Positions 24,265 to 39,087 of a stretch of DNA of 64,000 bases are shown here, piece by piece (the first letter of the stretch is position 1; the number at the start of each line of letters is the position of its first letter). The notes under the pieces were generated by a model, which saw only the letters and a program-made list of their open reading frames with translations, searched no databases and was not told where the DNA came from. The translations under genes and the position numbers were made by a program. Origin of the DNA: Octopus sinensis (lineage: Eukaryota); assembly GCF_006345805.1 (NCBI RefSeq), contig NW_021833123.1, positions 1 through 64,000 on the forward strand, read 5' to 3'.

Positions 24265-24919
24265 TAATGGTTCTCAATAATTTTGTTACCTATGGACTCC
24301 CTTGATTCTTATTTTACTCGGGCGGATCCCCATAGGTATTTGATGTTTTGAAAATCCAATAGCATTTTTATAATTAAATATTATTAGGGATTTTACTCTT
24401 TTACTCTTTTACTCTCTTTTACTTGTTTCAGTCATTTGACTGTGGCCATGCTGGAGCACCGCCTTTAGTCGAGCAACTCGACCCCGGGACTTATTCTTTG
24501 TAAGCCCAGTACTTATTCTATCAGTCACTTTTGCTGAACCGCTAAGTTACGGGGACGTAAACACACCAGCATCGGTTGTCAAGCAATGCTAAGGGGACAA
24601 ACACAGACACACAAGCACATACATATATATATATATACATATATACGACAGGCTTCTTTCAGTTTCCGTCTACCAAATCCACTCACATGGCATTGGTCGG
24701 CCCGGGGCTATAGCAGAAGACACTTGCCCAAGGTGCCACGCAGTGGGACTGAACCCGGAACCATGTGGTTGGTAAACAAGCTACTTACCACACAGCCAAA
24801 AAGTTGTTAAAATATTTTGTGCATTGTGGAACTATAACCTATCTATTGTAGATATATTTTAACAACAAAATCTTATACGGACCCACAAAGACCATGTGGA
24901 CCCCGATTGAGAGCTCCTG
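24265..24919. mobile_element. Non-autonomous hAT (Charlie-like) element
   Basis: Ends TAATGGTTCTCAA and TTGAGAGCTCCTG; 8-bp TSD CTTTAGAC (24257-64) and CTTGAGAC (24920-27), 7/8 match. Confidence 0.68.
24391..24797 (-). mobile_element. SINE family A nested in the hAT element
   Basis: High similarity to the other family A copies. Confidence 0.92.
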
Positions 24920-25837
24920 CTTGAGACTATGTATGTTCATGACAAGCGATTCACTGGTGTACGAGGACTGTTTCGACCTCGTTGCTGAATTTGCCAGAAC
25001 GTATCAAGAATCACTAAGCACTCTATAGAAGTAAACTTTAAAATTATTAAAATGTAAAAAATCTCACTGTGGGTTAAATAAGAAAAAATATCTATTTAAT
25101 AAATTTGTAGATGTGTAACTTACATTATAATGGTAATGGCAAAAGTCCATGGATCGTTAGAGGGCCCGCGCGGAAAGCCTTGCAGTATTTCTACAGGTTC
25201 TTTAGGTTCTGAGTTCAAATCTCGCCGAGGTTAATATGCACTTCATTTTTCCCTCGTTCGATAAAATAAGGCAACGCTCGAGTACTGAGGTCTGTGTTAT
25301 CGTCTAACACTCTTCCTTCAAAACTGTTGGTCGTATGTCTAAATTAGAAGCAAATATGGTGGTATTGGTAGTGGTGGTCTTCATGATTAAACAGTATATC
25401 TCCAATGCCGCCAGTAACACTAGAACCACCAGCATCCTTACACCTACCAATTCACCATCACTACCAACCACAACCATTACTACTTGTATCGTTACCATTT
25501 CTATAATTAACAACACAACCACAGACACCACTACTACCATCACTGCTATCACCAAGAACATCTTTACCACTATTACCACTCCCATTGCGACCACAACTAC
25601 TAGAGAGAGAAAGAGAGAGAGACAGACAGACAGAAAGAGAGAGAAAGAGAGAGAGACAGACAGAGAGGAATACAGAGAGAGAGACAGAGAGACAGAGATC
25701 ATAAGGGCAAGAGAAACAGAGGCAGACACGAAAAAGTGAGAGTTTTCATCGTGGGTCCTTTGTGAAACAGTTTAGTTGGAAGCTCGAAAGTACCTGAACC
25801 TCTTACATTTTCGCCGAGAAGATTTTTTTCTGGAAAA

Positions 25838-25875
<38 letters not shown>

Positions 25876-26369
25876 AAAATGAGGAAAATAGCAAAAGAAG
25901 AAAGTGAAAGAAAGAAACGGGTACGATGCGTGTGTATACACAAACTCACAAACACACAGAGCTGTGAATACATCGAAGGATTTGACGTAAATAAATAAAT
26001 AAACAAATGAATAAATTCTAATTGTTGTCACGAATTTAAGTTGAAATATTTAATATCTGTCACAAGATTTCACTGGACTTCCTTCCAGCTTTCTCAGAGT
26101 TTATATACCGTGCTGCCATACGTTGATATGTGTTGGAAATAAATCATTCCATGACAGAAAAACAATTATTGCAAATTGAATATGGCACCTGAGGGCAGTG
26201 GAAAAATCTCCTGTTGCTGGCTAACTCGTTTACTACTACAAAGAGGCTCTTGAAATTAGCAAATCCACCAAAATGGGACTTGACGCCTTGCTCGCAGCTG
26301 CCAAAAGTACATTACACTGCAAGGAATCTTGATATACACGCATGAATAAGACACGTAATGCTCTTACAT

Positions 26370-26930
<561 letters not shown>

Positions 26931-27515
26931 GTAATTTAAGTAACAGCACCCCATTGATATATGCTTGAACAAAGATAAGGGGCTGTTAACGAATATACTC
27001 TTGAACCCTTCCTAATTTCAACACCTCTGCTGAAAGTTAGAGAAACGAGGTCCTTGTGCACTTTTTATATAAAAATAGAAGGATGTCAGCTGAGTTTTTG
27101 ACCTTCACTGAACTCCCATTGTGAAGATAATAAAGCGAAGGACATAACAGTAACAGCAAAAAGCAATATATGTAGTTATATAGCTAAAAATAATTGTTGT
27201 GTCTATTTGTGGTGGCAGTGTTAAGCGAAATATTTAATCATTTTTAATGCAGTATAACGCATTTGCAATTGTTTAATATATGATACTATACTACAGAATA
27301 AATCAATAAATTTTCAATTTCTTTGATCTAGCATGAAAAACAATCGCTGGTAACGCATCAGCCTTTTAGTCTCTGAACTAACAGCCAAGGATGCGTCATT
27401 TATGCAAATGGATGTATTCGATTTAATTTAGGATTTCATAACAGTGTATGTTTATGTATGCATATGTATGTGTATATATATATATGTATATACATATATA
27501 CATATACATACATAT

Positions 27516-27627
<112 letters not shown>

Positions 27628-27989
27628 ATAGTTATATTTTTCTTACAAAACACACAGACTGCATAAAAGTGCTCAAGTCGAACCTGTGAAGTTAGACAAG
27701 TGTAATAAATGAAATAGAAAAAGTTCAAGACAGGCAAACTACAATGAACCCATATGTGTACGGATTTAATTAAGATAAAAATCGTCCAAAATAAAACATA
27801 TATTGAAATATTAAAAATACATATGAAAATATAGAAATATATGAATATTATAAATATATATGGACATATAGATGTACGAATATATAAGTATAGTAAAGTA
27901 GCATAATGTAGTAGAGGATTATATAGTTTGCCTGACTTGAAGGCTTTCCATTACATTTATTATACTGATATATGTATATGTGTGTGTGT

Positions 27990-28098
<109 letters not shown>

Positions 28099-28771
28099 TT
28101 TCGTGCTACGCAACAAAAAAAAGGTGCATGCTACAAGGATTTTCGACTCGAGTCAAATTGCTCCAATTCGGTGTTAGCGTTGCTACATAAGTGAAGTCAA
28201 AACTGTCTGTTCTGTACTCTGATCGAGTCGTATAAGTTATCAAGTGAAAACTGGTGTTGGTTTGTTTACGTCACCATAACTTAGAGCTTCGGCAAAAGAG
28301 CCGTTATATAGAATAAGTACTAGGCTTAAAATATAAGTAATGTGATCGATTTCTTTCAGTAAAACTTTTAAGGTTGTGCCTCGGCATGTCTCCAGTCCAA
28401 AAAAAGAAAAAAATACAAAATAATAACAATACTCCAAACGAGTCAAAGATAAAAATACCGGAGGGAAAAATGCCTACTTGTGCAGAATTCTGCCAGAGTG
28501 GTCAGAGCAGTTGTGAACCAATATAAAACCTGATAACGGCCCTACATTCGTAGTAGAAGAGAAGGGCCCAAAGCGTTAAAAACTTCACTTCGTATTGCAA
28601 CTAAAAATGTAGGGCACACCATTATAAAATTTTACAGGAGTTCCGAATATTTAGAGAAAAAGCAAGAAAAAAAAGAAAAAAATGAAAAAGAAAGAATGTC
28701 TGATTTTAATAGGTCAAAATCAAACCTTAGCCGCAAAATATAAATAAAAATAATAAAAAGAGAAGTAGTCT

Positions 28772-28991
28772 ACGTTTCCGACTGCGCACTCTACATTATG
28801 CTGAAATATATTAAAAGACATAACCGTAGTTTTAACGATATATTTTTGAGAAATATGTCGTCTTCAGAGCCAAAAATATGTTTATATTTTAGGCTCTGAA
28901 GACGACATATTTCTCAAAAATATATCGTTACAACTACGTTTATGTCTTTTAATATATTTCAGCATAATGAAGACTACGCAGTCGGAAACGT
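28772..28991. repeat. Long inverted repeat, 100-bp arms
   Basis: Arms 28772-28871 and 28892-28991 with 5 mismatches; spacer also pairs (AAAATAT/ATATTTT) around a GTTT loop. Confidence 0.93.
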
Positions 28992-30560
28992 TCTAAATCT
29001 ACTGTGTGCCATTTACAAAGCTATGAAATTCGGAAAGCGCTTGTCTGAACTGTAAAAAGAGTAACAGATCCGATATCGTAATCGAAGATTAATAAGATAA
29101 GTTGTGCAGCCTGGAAGATGTTTAGGAGTGAGCCAACGAGACAGCCTCTGCATCTCTTCAGTACAAACATTTATTAATGATTACAAACAGCACTATAATG
29201 GTTGATAGCAGAATCGGTAGCGCATGAAACTAAATGACTTTCAGTATATAATTTCAAAAAAATCGTTATGTATGCTGCATGAAGTGAAATCTGAAACGAT
29301 GATCTGTGTATTCATTGTTAGTTTGGCCCTTGAGATTCGATCGCAAAATATGCTGGTCGCTATTATGTAGATCACAAGAAAACAACTTTTCCCTTTTACG
29401 ACGGCAGTTTATTCATAAAACACTCGGCCCTCTCGCGAAGGGATTCTGGTACACCCATGTTTCGACATATCTCGTCAGTCAAAATTACATGGGACAATTT
29501 GAGCTTAGACAAGCCACTAGCTTTGTTTACACTTTTAGCAAACATTTTTTTTTTCAGAGATTAGATTCCGCTTGAATCGATTACGTTATGGCTTTATCTT
29601 TCCGGGATGAACCTAGATTAAATATTGATCAAGTACTGGAGCTGATTTGCTCTCTTGTTCATCCCCCACTCCACAAAACATATGGAAAACGGACAGAGAA
29701 TCTGCAGGGATCACTGGTACTCTTCAAAAGATATTGTATCATAGTAGCATCTATGCTATTATTTCGAAACACACCAAAGTCATCTTTACCTATCATCATC
29801 CCAGTGTTGATAAATTAAAGAACCAATCAAGTGTTGGCTTTTATTTCAGTGAATGTGGCTTCCACTAAGGCGTGACGCTGTGACAATGCTAGGCATCAAG
29901 GATTACGAAAAGAATCGGTGTGGTGTTTTCAGAATATCTTGCGATATGCAATTACGTTCTTTTACGTTTTACGTTTAAATTTCGCCAAAGATTGACACAG
30001 TCATTTAATTTTCTATGGTCGATGAAAAGCGTATTACACAAATGTTGGTGTCAGACATAATCTGATATCAATCTTCTTCACAAAAATTTGTACTTTTATG
30101 TGTAAATAAAAAAAAATTATCAATCATTATGATCAACACTAACTCTGGAGACAGAAAGTGTTAAGTATCAGCTGTCTGGGGATTACATGAGGTGTAGATT
30201 AATAATTTTTTAGAATTTTCTCACGCATAGTGTTGCTGGGTCACACATTTAACTGAGTTTATAGTTTTCGTTTGTTCATATTGGGAAATCTTATAAGACT
30301 GAAGGTGGATAGTGTTCGAAAATCCAGCAAAATAAAAGCATGTGATCAACAACTAGATTAAGCAAGTACATGCAATGGCGTACAGTAGCGTACAGTGGCC
30401 TACTGTGGCGTAGGAAGGGCAGGAGTAATAAGGGGAGTTGCACTGGGTGCAACATTCTTGATGCAAAATTTCAAACCTTAAAAAAATACGCAAATAAAAA
30501 CGAAAATAATGTATAAATTATGTATATAAATAACTGCGTGCCCTCCTCACAATAGATGCA

Positions 30561-31075
30561 GGCACAGATGTGTGATTGAGATGCTCGCTTTGCAACCACA
30601 TGGTTTCGGGTTCGATCTCACTGCACGGCATCATGAATAGGTGTCTTCTAAATAATCCGGGTCGACCAATACACTCGTAAATTAATTTGTGTGACAGAAG
30701 CTGTGTTAAAAAGCGTCATATATGTGTATATGTATGTGTGCGTGTATGTGTGTGTGTGCATGCGTGTGCGTATGTGTATGTGTGCGCATACGTCAGTGTG
30801 TATGTGTGTGTGTGTGAGTGTGTGCATCCTTGTTGCTATGTTTGTCTTCATCACTACCACCACCAATTAACAACCGATGTTGGTTCGTTTACGTCACCGT
30901 AAATTAAGCAGCGCGGCAAAAGACACTGATAGAATAACTAGCAGAAATAAAAAGAAAAATTAGTACCGTGGTCAATTCTGTCTTTTTTTTTGTGATTTTT
31001 TTTAACTATAACCCTTTAATGTAGTGCCCAAGCAAGACCTCTCCAAGACTAACGACCGAAACAAATAAAAGATCA
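30561..31075 (+). mobile_element. Degenerate SINE family A
   Basis: Head GCTCGCTTTGCAACCACATGGTTTCGGGTTCGAT; body AACCGATGTTGGTTCGTTTACGTCACCG. Confidence 0.7.
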
Positions 31076-31795
31076 ACACATGTCCTTGTTCCGAACACTG
31101 GCAACTCAGGTTACACAAATGCCTACTTGTCCCCCTTTGATTCGGCGGAGCTGCGTCACGTTCTGTCGTATCTAGTCATACACATCATAAAACATTCTAT
31201 TGCATGCAATGAAATGTGTAGGCGAATCCTTTGGCAAAAAGCGACTGATTAGACATAATTATGCATGATCATACACACTACACGACACATTTTCTTACGT
31301 GTATACAAAACTACTTAATCTTGGTGTCAAGAACATTTGAGATTAAACCTTCAAGATGGCGAATGCACGCGAACAGCAATCAGGTTATCATGATATATTT
31401 TGTTTGTTTATTTATTTACTTATTTATTTGAATCTCCTTAGATTTTCTTCTGACACAAAAATAATACAAGTCAACGAGTCACGCGTTCAGTTGTGGATTG
31501 TTATAGCTGATTCATTCAATGTATGGAACCGTATAAACATTCTGTTACACAGAATTTCTGATTATGCATGGACAAAAAAAGAAAAAAATAAGGAAAAAGA
31601 AACTTAAAAAAGCAAACCGAGTTTATTAATCATTCATAAACACACTATATAAAATAATCTATTATATGTATGTATGTACGTATGTATGTATGTATGTTTG
31701 TATGTATGTATGTATATATGTATGTATGTATGTATCTATCTATCTATCTATCTATGTAGATAGGTAGGTATGTATATATAGATATGTATACATAT

Positions 31796-31841
<46 letters not shown>

Positions 31842-32008
31842 GTATGTATGTATAAATATATATGTGTATACATGCATATATATATGCTTGTTACTGCTAA
31901 GATTATTTTCTGTTGTTTATTTATATACTTGTGTCTCACTATGTCTCTCTTTATATATACACATACATATATTTATATACATGTATGTATGTTATATATG
32001 CATGTATG

Positions 32009-32047
<39 letters not shown>

Positions 32048-33375
32048 GTAAATGTCTTTGAATATATGTATATTTATATGTGTGTGTATGTGTTGTGTGT
32101 GAGTGTGTGCATCCTTGTTGCTATGTTTGTCTTCATCACTACCACCACCAATTAACAACCGATGTTGGTTCGTTTACGTCACCGTAAATTAAGCAGCGCG
32201 GCAAAAGACACTGATAGAATAACTAGCAGAAATAAAAAGAAAAATTAGTACCGTGGTCAATTCTGTCTTTTTTTTTGTGTTTTTTTTTTAACTATAACCC
32301 TTTAATGTAGTGCCCAAGCAAGACCTCTCCAAGACTAACGACCGAAACAAATAAAAGATCAACACATGTCCTTGTTCCGAACACTGGCAACTCAGGTTAC
32401 ACAAATGCCTACTTGTCCCTCTTTGATTCGGCGGAGCTGCGTCACGTTCTGTCGTATCTAGTCATACACATCATAAAACATTCTGTTGCATGCAATGAAA
32501 TGTGTAGGCGAATCCTTTGGCAAAAAGCGACTGATTAGACATAATTATGCATGATCATACACACTACACGACACATTTTCTTACGTGTATACAAAACTAC
32601 TTAATCTTGGTGTCAAGAACATTTGAGATTAAACCTTCAAGATGGCGAATGCACGCGAACAGCAATCAGGTTATCATGATATTTTTGTTTGTTTATTTAT
32701 TTACTTATTTATTTGAATCTCCTTAGATTTTCTTCTGACACAAAAATAATACAAGTCAACGAGTCACGCGTTCAGTTGTGGATTGTTATAGCTGATTCAT
32801 TCAATGTATGGAACCGTATAAACATTCTGTTACACAGAATTTCTGATTAGCATGGACAAAAAAGAAAAAAATAAGGAAAAAGAAACTTAAAAAAGCAAAC
32901 CGAGTTTATTAATCATTCATAAACACACTATATAAAATAATCTATTATATGTATGTATGTACGTATGTATGTATGTTTGTATGTATGTATGTATATATGT
33001 ATGTATGTATGTATCTATCTATCTATCTATCTATGTAGATAGGTAGGTATGTATATATAGATATGTATACATATATACATACATATATATATATATATAT
33101 ATAATATATATATATATATGCACGTATGTATGTATAAATATATATGTGTATACATGCATATATATATGCTTGTTACTGCTAAGATTATTTTTCTGTTGTT
33201 TATTTATATACTTGTGTCTCACTATGTCTCTCTTTATATATACACATACATATATTTATATACATGTATGTATGTTATATATGCATGTATGTATGTATAT
33301 ATATATATATATATATATACTTGTAAATGTCTTTGAATATATGTATATTTATATGTGTGTGTATGTGTGTGTGTG
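30811..33375 (+). repeat. Tandem duplication, two units with a period of about 1285 bp
   Basis: CATCCTTGTTGCT at 30825 and 32110; both units end AATGTCTTTGAATATATGTATATTTATATGTG; few differences outside microsatellites. Confidence 0.95.
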
Positions 33376-34599
33376 TGTGAGTATGTGTGTGTTTGTGTGC
33401 ATATATACGTATATATTTGTGTAAACACATGACAATATATGTTTGTTATATGTATATACATGAATGGTAAATTACTGAATTATTCATGCTAAGTGCTTCC
33501 AGAATAAGCAAGAACTACGTGTATGAGATTCAATGTTATGAAAGTTTTTTCTCTTTCTAATCAATACATAATAAACTCCACTGGTATTTATTTTATTTAT
33601 TTATCTATTGTAGTTCTTGAAAGTTATTTTGGATGTTTACTCTTAATGCTTTGTTTTATCGTTCCGTGATTGGATGTTTCAAACATAGATTTCTCTCGTA
33701 TATCATATTTTTTCGTTCATTTGTTAATCTGACAGACATATTGATTTTTAGTTTCTTTTTTACTTTGGCCTACAGCCACACATTTTTTAAAGAGTAACAG
33801 TGAAAGTGAGAAAGAGAGAGAGAGGGAAAGGGAGAGAAATAGAGAGAGAGAGAGAGAGAGAGACCGTACAGACAATTACATTCATATCTGAACATACTGC
33901 TCATAATATTATCGACCCCAGAATTATAAAAGTAAAGTATAAACTTAGCTTGGTTTGAACTCAGAATGTAACATGATTCAAATAAATATAAGAAACAAAT
34001 ATTCTTTCTATGGAAATAATTCTGACAAAATTTGGCACAAGACCATTAATTTTTAAGGGTTGGGGACAAGTGAATTACATCGACCTCAATACTTGAATGG
34101 TACGTTAGTTTATCGATCCCGAGAAAATGGCAGGTAAAGTTGGCATCAACGGAATAGGAAGTCAGAACGTAAAGTTTCAGAAGAAATGCTGCTGATAATT
34201 TTCTTCGACACGCTAACATTTCTGCTAACTCATTGGCTTCTGTCTAGCCAAAGAAACGGAGACTATGATGGGGAATGACAATGAGTTGGATTTTATAGGA
34301 TTTATCCATAAAATCTGTTCTTACTGATGAATCAAGGAGGCCAATTGTGATCGTAGTGGGCAGGAAAACGATGTAAGACCATTGACTTGGATTTGCAAAA
34401 CTATGAGTGAATAGAATTGACATCAAGAAGATTGAGAAGTTAGAGCAACTCTTTGCATGAATACCTGAACTCTTTGCATGAACTCTTTGCATGAATACCC
34501 TCCCTGTACATAACTCCATGTCCTCCTACATGGCCTTGCTTTTTGCTTTTTGAGCCAAAAAATTAACTTAACTAAACTTAACTTAAAGACATAACCAGA

Positions 34600-35040
34600 G
34601 TAATGAAAACGTTATAAAACACAAAGGTGAAATTAAAACTGTAATAGTTGGTGCACTCGGTACAACACACAAAATGATATCTAAAAGGTTAAAGGATATT
34701 AGAATTGGAATATATATTGTCGACCTGTAGGAAAGTACGACTCTGTATTCTGCAACCGGAAAGGGGAAATGTAGAGACGGTAAGAAAATGTAGATTTACT
34801 TCAAGAATATCATTCTGACGTAGTAGCTGAAGGTAAATGTCACCATCTTCTGGTATTTTCCTGTCAACACTGATTAGACAATAAAGTATAATCGACCAGA
34901 TATAATTATTATAGACTTGTAAGGAAATGTAACTGGCCCAGCTGATGAGAATATATTACTGAAGGAATTTGAAAGCCTTAGTAAATACAAGGACCTGTAA
35001 ATTGGTATACAAAAGATGTGCCATCTTTAAGCAAGTAAAA
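34600..35040 (+). pseudogene. Decayed R4/Dong-like endonuclease fragments
   Basis: VIVGALGT at about 34645; NRPDIIIIDL..PADENILLKEFESLSKYKDL at about 34875-35000. Confidence 0.65.
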
Positions 35041-35472
35041 TAATCTTTTCTACTCTAGGCACAAGGCCCAAAATTTTGGGGGAGGTGAGGCCAGTCGATT
35101 ATATCGATTCCAGCAAATGGTACTTAATTTATCGACCCTGAAAGGATGAAAGTCAAAGTCCACCTCGGTGGAATTTGAACTCAGAACGTAAAGACAGACG
35201 AAATACTGCTAAGCATTTCGCTCGGCCTAGTAACATTTCTTATTTCTTTATTGTCCTCAAGGGGCTAAACATAGAGAGGACAAACAAGGACAGGCAAAGG
35301 GATTAAGTCGATTACATCGACCTCAGTGCGTAACTAGTACTTAATTTATCGACCCCCGAAAGGATGAAAGGCAAAGTCGACCTCGGCAGAATTTGAACTC
35401 AGAACGTAACGGCAGACGAAATACCGCAAAGCATTTCGCCCGGTGTGCTAACGTTTCTGCCAGCTCGTCGCC
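35041..35472 (-). mobile_element. Two joined SINE family B copies
   Basis: A full copy (head at about 35470) ending AATAAAGAAATAAG joined to a headless variant copy with a different tail. Confidence 0.88.
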
Positions 35473-35875
35473 TTTATATAGAATCATATTGAATCACAAA
35501 ATACATCTATAAATCTATCGAGAGCTTCTTATTATAATCGGTGTTTTTCAGAAACAAGAACATGCCGGCATTAAATGTTATTTACACATAAAATTTGTTG
35601 TATCGTGGGAGAGTAAATATACCAATAATAAACACAAGCATTGTTTCTATTTCACTTCCTAAATTATCATTAGTCAATTGTTTAACCATCTAATGAACTA
35701 ACTCATCAATTGTTTCATTAATCGACCTGAAAGAAATCTGGATTAGGAAGGACATGTTCCTAATGAGGTCGGCAATGGCGACTGAAGGACTTTGACAAAT
35801 CTAGCTGAGTGATTGTTAGACTGAACGATAAATCAAGCAATGTATTAGTTAATTAAATATTATTTAACTATAATC

Positions 35876-35982
<107 letters not shown>

Positions 35983-35989
35983 AAGAAGA

Positions 35990-36460
35990 ATGGTTCAGGT
36001 GAATCGTCTAGACATAATTATAAAAGACAGGGAAGAAAATACTTGTAGACTAATAGATGTAAGTGTTCCGCTGATAAACATATATCTGTAAAGGAATTTG
36101 ACAAATTAAGTAAACATAAGGACTTTTGAATTGATTTGGCATCTCAAGGCAAGAGCTGTTCTTGCTATTGTAGGTGCCCTAGGTATAATTACAAAAGGGA
36201 TTCCAGAAACACCTAGATAACATCCCAGGAGAATCATGTCACAGAGAAATCCAAAAGATTGTGTTGACAAGTACTGTCCACATCCTTAGAAAAACCCTAT
36301 CCATTTAAATGTCTGTGTTATATTACTGCTCCTGCTACTTCCCCTCTCTAAGCTTTCAGTCATACTATAACGTTTCTTATCCTTCACTCACCCTAGGACG
36401 CTGAGTGTCTCGGCCAGTGATTGTGAGAAACATGCAAATTAAAAGTAAATAAGAACAGCA
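35990..36460 (+). pseudogene. R4/Dong-like LINE 3' fragment
   Basis: NRLDIIIKDREENTCRLIDVSVP..KEFDKLSKHKD..IVGALGII..EIQKIVLTSTVHILRKTLSI*; flanked by (AAT)n(AAG)n and (AAC)n(AAT)n. Confidence 0.78.
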
Positions 36461-36532
36461 GCAGCAGCAGCAACAACAACAACAACTACAATAATAATAA
36501 TGATAATAATAATAATGATAATAATAATAATA

Positions 36533-36588
<56 letters not shown>

Positions 36589-38312
36589 TACAAGTCAAAC
36601 AGAACCAGCGCGAGTGATTAGTATTGGCATAATGACCCTCTCGAGACAGAGCAAGGTTTGTTTCATTACAAGAAATCACAACAAGAGTCTTGAGTTGATT
36701 CATCGTGGGAAAAATCAAGAGATAAATTACAGGCACCGCAATCTCATGTTTTTTCATTTCCTTTCTCAGCATTTACTGGAAAAAATTAATTTACCTAATT
36801 AAATAGTTTAAATGATTAAATGCTAACAAATAAGCGTTGATTATAAAACATGAAAACCAAACAGGTTTGTAAATTTACAGTGATTCTTTGACAATTACAA
36901 ACACAAATGATAACAGGTTTTATCATTTATCTTTTACTCATTGGACTGCGGCCACACTGGAGCAACGCTTTAAATGATTTAGTCAAACAGATCGACCCTA
37001 GAGCTTATTTTGTTTTTTATATGTCTGGTACTTATTCTATCAATCTTTTTTTTTTACTGAACCGAGCAACAGGGGCATAAAACCAATGCTGTTTGTGAAA
37101 CGGTGGGAAAGGGACAAAGATGTACACATACGCGTGGCGCACACACACACACATACACAACAAACATACACACAGCAAACATACACACACATACATATAT
37201 ATATATGTATAAATAATAGCCTGTAAATATCGAGTTGAAAATCCTTATAGTATAGAAAGAGTCGAAGGCTGACCTTCGACTTTGGGACAGGAAAACCCCG
37301 TCTCCTGTAGAGATGACAGGCGTTTTATGAAAGACTCTTAAGCGTTCTGAGCAAGACATTATATTTGTGTTCAGTAGTGAGGCTCCAGCTTGGGAGTTAA
37401 GGATCTTTGAGGAGTGTCGTGTAATTCATTAACCATCACGATTCTCAGCTCTACTCTGGTATGGTATAGTAGTTCTCGTCATGGAGCCCGAGTTATATGT
37501 GAAATAGCAGATAGTCATATGGCCAAGGCAGTCATGGGCAACTGTTTTCGAAAAGTGGTCAGCATAAGAAATGGCTCCTCACCAGGCGGGCCCCACTACC
37601 AAAGACATATTCAAAGTAACTTCCCGTTAGGCGTACCATTCAGAAACTCCAGTGACAGCAGTTTGCTAATGACGAAGCTAAGGACTTAGAGGAGCGCTAG
37701 TTTCTCAACGTGTATTACGCAGTCCTACCCCTGTGTGGAGACACAACGCTGTCACAAGAACCAGTACCCTTTAGATAGAGAGGTTGAGTGAAAGAGAATG
37801 ATTACAGTTTAGTCTTTTTACATAGTCTGAATATTATTTAAAAAACTGCTTTGCTAATAACATTTATTTTTGGGATAATCACTGATGGGTTTGGATATTC
37901 TTATATTCTTTAATTCTTATATTCGACTTAGACATTAGGTTGAATTATATGCTTTTATACAAGCATATACAAGCACACACGCACACACACATATACATAT
38001 ACATATATATATATACATATATGTACACACACACATACGTATGAATGTATGTATATACGTATAAACTAAGATAGAAAGACAGAAGATAGGAAAGAGTTAG
38101 ATACATTGCACACATAGATGCAAACATGCACGCGCGCAAATACACTTGCATATATGATAATTCATACAAATAAGAGCAGTGGGTGATGAAATGCTTATCG
38201 ATTTGTTGACAGTTGTTTTGTAATATGTATCTAGTTTCATCAGCCACACTGAAGTGTTCAACGCACGTATAAATCAATGCACGTATAAATCAACAAATAG
38301 ATGCAATTACGC

Positions 38313-38537
38313 GGCGAGCTGGCAGAAACGTTAGCACGCCAGATGAAATACTGGTATTTCGTCTGCCGTTATTTTCTGAGTTCAAATTCCGCCGAGGTCG
38401 ACTTTGCCATTCATCCTTTCGGGGTCGATAAATTAAGTACCATTTACTCACTGGGGTCGATGTAATCGACTTAATCCGTTTGTCTGTCCTTGTTTTGTCC
38501 CCTCTATGTTTAACCTCTTGTGGGCAATAAAGAAATA
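38313..38537 (+). mobile_element. SINE family B, full length
   Basis: GGCGAGCTGGCAGAAACGTTAGCACGCC head, GAGTTCAAATTCC B-box, AATAAAGAAAT tail. Confidence 0.92.
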
Positions 38538-38784
38538 GCACCTATATTGATTTATATATGTGCTGGAACATGATGAGTCAGATTGCTCACCAGAATAGTT
38601 TATAGCCAGTAAATATTCCGCCTGGCTCAGTTTAGCCACGTTACTTCATTATATGATGTATTTCTTAATCTTCCTCACGTTATAGATACATTATCACCCA
38701 TTGCCTTCATCAGTGTCGGTACTCCTGACATAAAGATACGGGTAGCGCTGACCACTTGGTATAAATCACTAATGACTTTTATCC

Positions 38785-39044
38785 TTTTATTATACTCTTT
38801 TATTCTTTTACTTGTTTCAGTCATTTGACTGCAGTCAGGCTGGAGCACCGCCTTTAGTCGAGCAAGTCGATCCCAGGACTTATTCTTTGTAAGCCTAGTA
38901 CTTATTCTATCGTTCTCTTATGCCGAACCGCTAGGTTACGGGAACGTAAACACTCCAGCATCGGTTGTCAAGCGATGCTGGGGGGACAAACACACACACA
39001 CACACTCACACACACACACACACACGCACGCACGCACACACACA

Positions 39045-39087
<43 letters not shown>

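Noticed and set aside
34430-34500. Short tandem repeats (ACTCTTTGCATGA x3 here; TGTCAAGTGAATA x3 at about 59633-59672) as CRISPR-like arrays
   Set aside because: No unique spacers and a eukaryotic context; simple minisatellites
34945-34975. CTGATGA at about 34948 (also 42773, 42823, 7596, 29151 minus) as hammerhead cores
   Set aside because: No suitably placed GAAA and stems; some lie in transposon coding relics
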